32,000 nucleotides of DNA, taken from Methanothermobacter thermautotrophicus str. Delta H. GTDB lineage: Archaea; Methanobacteriota; Methanobacteria; Methanobacteriales; Methanothermobacteraceae. Position 1 is the stretch's first letter. Every line of letters begins with the position of its first letter. Shown here in pieces: positions 28,633 to 32,000 of the stretch. The notes under the pieces were generated by a model that saw only the letters and a program-made list of their open reading frames with translations, made no database searches and was not told where the DNA came from. The translations under genes were made by a program, and so were the position numbers. Location: contig NC_000916.1 in the NCBI RefSeq assembly GCF_000008645.1, positions 90,001-122,000 of the forward strand. The letters are read 5' to 3'.

Positions 28633-30990
28633 ATGAATCCAATGGCCATCATATCCATCACAGCCTTCGTGGTGGCCCTTGTATCGGGTGTGTACATATT
28701 CGTCAAGAACCCTGAAAGCCGCTTTAACAGGGCACTCCTCCTTTTCTCAGCACTGATAGCCTACCTTTCACTCACAGATTTCGGCCTTTACATTTCAGAG
28801 TCCTACATGATGGCCGACTTCTGGGTAAGGATGGGATTCCTCTGGCCCATTGTGGTCCCGGTCATACTGCACATGGTCCTGCTCTTCACGGGTAGAAGAC
28901 CAACCATGCCACTCCTTGCAGTTATCTACGCACCTGCAGTGGTCATAGCGGCCCTTGAACTAACAACGGATCTTATAACCGCGGGGCCCACCATGACTTC
29001 ATGGGGCTGGACCTTCAGTGCCGCGGAGAATTCGCTTCCCTACCAGATCTCAAATATCTGGGGATTCATCATAGCATCAGTCGCCATCATACTTGTGGCC
29101 CTGCACTGGAGGTCATCCCGGGGTTCAGATCGGACGCAGGCCCACTACCTCCTCACAGGCCTCATCTTACCTGTCCTGGCGGGCGTCCTGACGGATCTCG
29201 TCCTCCCGGCAGCTGGCATGGCTGTACCTTCACTCACAGATCCTTCAGCCGCACTCGGGGTTTCCATCATAGCCTATGGTGTTATGAGGTTCCGTTTACC
29301 AATCCTGAGCCCCTTAAACGCTGCCATGGATATTGTGAGGAACATGAACACCTTCCTTATAATCACAGATCTTGGGCTGAATATACACTACGTCAACCCA
29401 GCAACTGAGAGGCTAACCGGTCGTCGGGCAGCGGAATTCTCAGGCAGGAAGGTGACTGAGGTCCTTAAATTCGATGAACTCAGCACCGGCTCCATCATGG
29501 AGTCCCGGCTCAGAGGTAAGGATGAATGGATCCCGGTCATCGTATCGGCGGGTCATGTGCATGGCTCAGGGGGTGAACATCTGGGCCTGCTCTTCACGGG
29601 TTCAGATATGCGGCCCATCCTGGAGATGGAGGAAAAGCTGAGGAGGAGGGAGGATCGTCTTGTGCTCCTGACAGAACACATGGCTGATGGTCTTGGAGAA
29701 TTTGACAGGGACTTCAACTTCAGATACCTCAGCCCATCGGTGAAGAAGATAACAGGCTACGATCATGAAATGCTCACCGGCATGTCAGCCCTTGACTTCA
29801 TGGACTACCTGCACCCCGATGACACGGAGGAGGTTAAGAAACTCATACTGACCCGGGGGGAAGGCCACAGGGCAACCTTCAGGATAAGAAGGCCCGATGG
29901 GAACTACAGGTGGGTGGAATACGTTGACAGACCAATCAGGACTGATGGTGATATCGAGGGCTACGTGTTCGGTTTGAGGGATATACATGAACATAAACTG
30001 GCAGAGGAGGCCCTGATCGTCAGCAAGGAGAAATTCAGGGAACTCTTCAGGAACATGAGGAGCGGCATAATTGCTGTTGAATCTGATGGAAAGGGATTCC
30101 GGGTTAAATCCATGAACCCGGCAGCCGAGAGGATGGAGGGCGTCTCCTGCGCCGCCATCCAGGGTATGGATCTTCAGGAGGCACTCCCTGAGATCTGGAA
30201 CTCCCCCATCAGGAGGGCCCTCCAGGAGATCAGGGAGACCGGTGAGGCCATCCATTGTCCGGAGGTTGAATGTGGGGAGGGATGGTTTGATGTGCACCTC
30301 CACCAGCTATCAACCGGGGAGGTGGTCATCATCTGCACCGACATAACCCTCAGGAAGCAGTATGAGGATGAACTCAGAGCATCGCTCAGGGAGAAGGAGG
30401 CCCTCCTCAGGGAGGTGCACCACAGGGTCAAGAACAACTTCCAGGTAATATCCAGTCTCATAAATCTTCAGCTCGATGATGCTGAGGATCCAGCGCCCCT
30501 CAGGGACCTTCAGAGCAGGATCCAGTCCATGGCCCTCGTCCATGAACTGCTCTATGAGTCAGAGGATCTCACAAGCATTGACATGGGGCGCTACATAGAG
30601 AGGCTCACCTCCTCCATAGTTAACAGCCACCATAACGGGGAAATAGAAGTTGAGGTGGCGGTGGGTGACATAACACTTCCCCTTGAAACAGCCATCCCCC
30701 TGGGTCTCATCATCAACGAACTCGTCACCAACTCCTTCAAGCATGCCTTCACGTCCGGTGGAATGATAAGCGTAGAACTGGAGGAACATGGCGGTGAATT
30801 CACACTCACCATCACAGATAATGGTGTGGGTCTTCCCCCTGATTTTATAATTGAAGATTCGGATTCCCTGGGCCTCAGGCTGGTGGCGGGCCTTGTGGAT
30901 CAGATTGACGGGACCCTCGAGGTTTCCGGGGAGGATGGGACCAGGTTCAGGTTAACCTTTGGAGTTGTTCCTTACCGTCGGAGGGTCTGA
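28633..30990 (+). CDS. Sensor histidine kinase: N-terminal 7TM-type membrane domain, PAS domains, HisKA_2 and HATPase_c
   Basis: About 220 aa of repeated hydrophobic helices come first, followed by PAS-like repeats. The phospho-acceptor motif is LLREVHHRVKNNFQVISSLINLQ, and the ATPase boxes are NELVTNSFKHAF and DNGVGLP. No response regulator lies adjacent. Confidence 0.85.
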   Translation: MNPMAIISITAFVVALVSGVYIFVKNPESRFNRALLLFSALIAYLSLTDFGLYISESYMMADFWVRMGFLWPIVVPVILHMVLLFTGRRPTMPLLAVIYAPAVVIAALELTTDLITAGPTMTSWGWTFSAAENSLPYQISNIWGFIIASVAIILVALHWRSSRGSDRTQAHYLLTGLILPVLAGVLTDLVLPAAGMAVPSLTDPSAALGVSIIAYGVMRFRLPILSPLNAAMDIVRNMNTFLIITDLGLNIHYVNPATERLTGRRAAEFSGRKVTEVLKFDELSTGSIMESRLRGKDEWIPVIVSAGHVHGSGGEHLGLLFTGSDMRPILEMEEKLRRREDRLVLLTEHMADGLGEFDRDFNFRYLSPSVKKITGYDHEMLTGMSALDFMDYLHPDDTEEVKKLILTRGEGHRATFRIRRPDGNYRWVEYVDRPIRTDGDIEGYVFGLRDIHEHKLAEEALIVSKEKFRELFRNMRSGIIAVESDGKGFRVKSMNPAAERMEGVSCAAIQGMDLQEALPEIWNSPIRRALQEIRETGEAIHCPEVECGEGWFDVHLHQLSTGEVVIICTDITLRKQYEDELRASLREKEALLREVHHRVKNNFQVISSLINLQLDDAEDPAPLRDLQSRIQSMALVHELLYESEDLTSIDMGRYIERLTSSIVNSHHNGEIEVEVAVGDITLPLETAIPLGLIINELVTNSFKHAFTSGGMISVELEEHGGEFTLTITDNGVGLPPDFIIEDSDSLGLRLVAGLVDQIDGTLEVSGEDGTRFRLTFGVVPYRRRV

Positions 30991-31118
30991 TGATCTGTGA
31001 TTTGAGGGTATTCCTGTGGGTCTTGGAGGGTCTGAAAATCATAACTTGATGAGCAGGCACCGACTCTGATTCAGGGGTAATGGCAAAATTTAAGTTGTAA
31101 TTACTGTATCATTTAACC

Positions 31119-32000
31119 ATGGCTCTCACACCAAGAGGGGACGTCCTCAGGACAGTCATGGATTACCTTGAGATAGAGTCCAGGGATTCTGTGGACAGAA
31201 GGAGGGACCTGTGGAGGTCAATCTCGGATAAATTCATAAGGACGGCTGATGGATCCTACACCCTGAAATCTGAGGCCGGAGAGGCGATGCACACCCGGGT
31301 GGGGGCCCTAACAGAGGCCATTGAGAAATTTGTAAAACCCACGGTTTCAGGGATCAAAGACGATTTAAGGGTCCTGGACCTCTGCTCAGGTCTGGGATAC
31401 AATACCGCAGCCCTCCTGGAGTTCACAGACGCATCCAGTGTAACGGTTGATATGGTGGAGATCTCAGCAGGGACCATGGCCACCGCCCTCATTGTACCAT
31501 CCCCGAATCCAGCCCATAAAATCGTTAAGGGGGCTTATGAGGACTTTCTGTTATCTGAGGGATTACTGTCCCTCAGGACCTCACCTCCAGCACCCTCAGG
31601 CATCGAGCTGAGGGTCCACTGTGGGGATGCAAGGGCAGTGGTACCCCTTCTTGAGAGGGAATACTATGACGCCATATTTCTGGACGCATTCAGTCCAAGG
31701 GTGGCCCCTGAACTCTACACTGTCGAATTCATCTCACTCCTCGCAGGGGTGCTGAAGAAGAGGGGCGTACTTGCGACATACACCTCCGCAGCCCCCATGA
31801 GGGCAGCCCTCATCGAAGCAGGATTCCATGTGGGCCAGGGACCTGTGTTCGGGAGAAAATCAGGGGGAACACTGGCCTCCATGGACCCCCGGATGGTCAG
31901 AAAGCCCCTTGACTGGAGGGATGAACGCATGATAGCCCTCAGTGATGCAGGGATACCCTACAGGGACCCTGAATTATCTGCAGATGCCCTGGAAATAATG
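31119..32000 (+). CDS. MnmC-like SAM-dependent methyltransferase (Methyltransf_30-like), 3' end outside the window
   Basis: Manual translation from ATG 31119 stays open to the window end: MALTPRGDVLRTV...VLDLCSGLGYNT...YDAIFLDAFSPRVAPELYTVEF. The last motif resembles the DAWFLDGFAP..NP.W motif of the MnmC methyltransferase domain. It is not listed in the ORF track because no stop codon lies in the window. Confidence 0.6.
   Translation, partial: MALTPRGDVLRTVMDYLEIESRDSVDRRRDLWRSISDKFIRTADGSYTLKSEAGEAMHTRVGALTEAIEKFVKPTVSGIKDDLRVLDLCSGLGYNTAALLEFTDASSVTVDMVEISAGTMATALIVPSPNPAHKIVKGAYEDFLLSEGLLSLRTSPPAPSGIELRVHCGDARAVVPLLEREYYDAIFLDAFSPRVAPELYTVEFISLLAGVLKKRGVLATYTSAAPMRAALIEAGFHVGQGPVFGRKSGGTLASMDPRMVRKPLDWRDERMIALSDAGIPYRDPELSADALEIM

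Noticed and set aside
29785-30303. 172-aa ORF antisense within the histidine kinase gene
   Set aside because: It lies inside the PAS-domain coding region of a well-supported gene and shows no independent signals.
30978-31035. 11-nt direct repeat GGAGGGTCTGA at the end of the kinase gene and 40 nt downstream
   Set aside because: It is short and single, with no associated structure or ORF. It is likely coincidental.

Overview
This window reads as an ordinary, densely coding chromosomal segment of a Methanothermobacter-type hydrogenotrophic methanogen. From memory it matches the M. thermautotrophicus Delta H region around MTH138-MTH175, based on CbiT/MT0146, NMNAT/MTH150, flavoredoxin-like MTH152, AtwA and Fe-SOD. 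No database search was run. I support about 38 protein genes. They cover cofactor and purine metabolism (mfnB, guaB, mobA, cbiT, ubiX, moaE-like, nadM, cobA, hemD, purCSQ) and MCR activation component A2 (atwA). There is a tightly packed oxygen-defence cluster (2 rubredoxins, FprA, ferritin, peroxiredoxin, SOD) followed by a PaaK/F390-synthetase-like ligase and an ACT protein. The rest includes a RecJ-like DHH protein coupled to a wHTH regulator, SRP19, glmS with two glycosyltransferases, a 7TM-PAS-HisKA_2 sensor kinase and a partial MnmC-like methyltransferase. I found no rRNA, tRNA, CRISPR array, transposase or integrase, and I see no convincing novel multi-gene system. The items worth a second look are small-scale. 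(1) Two single-base frameshifts in G-runs disrupt a LutA-like gene and the conserved C-terminus of guaB. (2) A perfect 27-bp palindrome, made of two TGATATATCA sites, overlaps the predicted transcription start of a tiny membrane-protein gene. (3) A 53-aa second rubredoxin gene is absent from the ORF track. (4) A 45-bp tandem repeat carries T8 tracts after sod. (5) A 29-bp duplication copies the cbiT translation-initiation region. (6) An orphan 67-aa protein is built from two pseudomurein-binding-repeat-like units. (7) A PaaK-versus-F390-synthetase ambiguity sits next to the oxygen-defence cluster.
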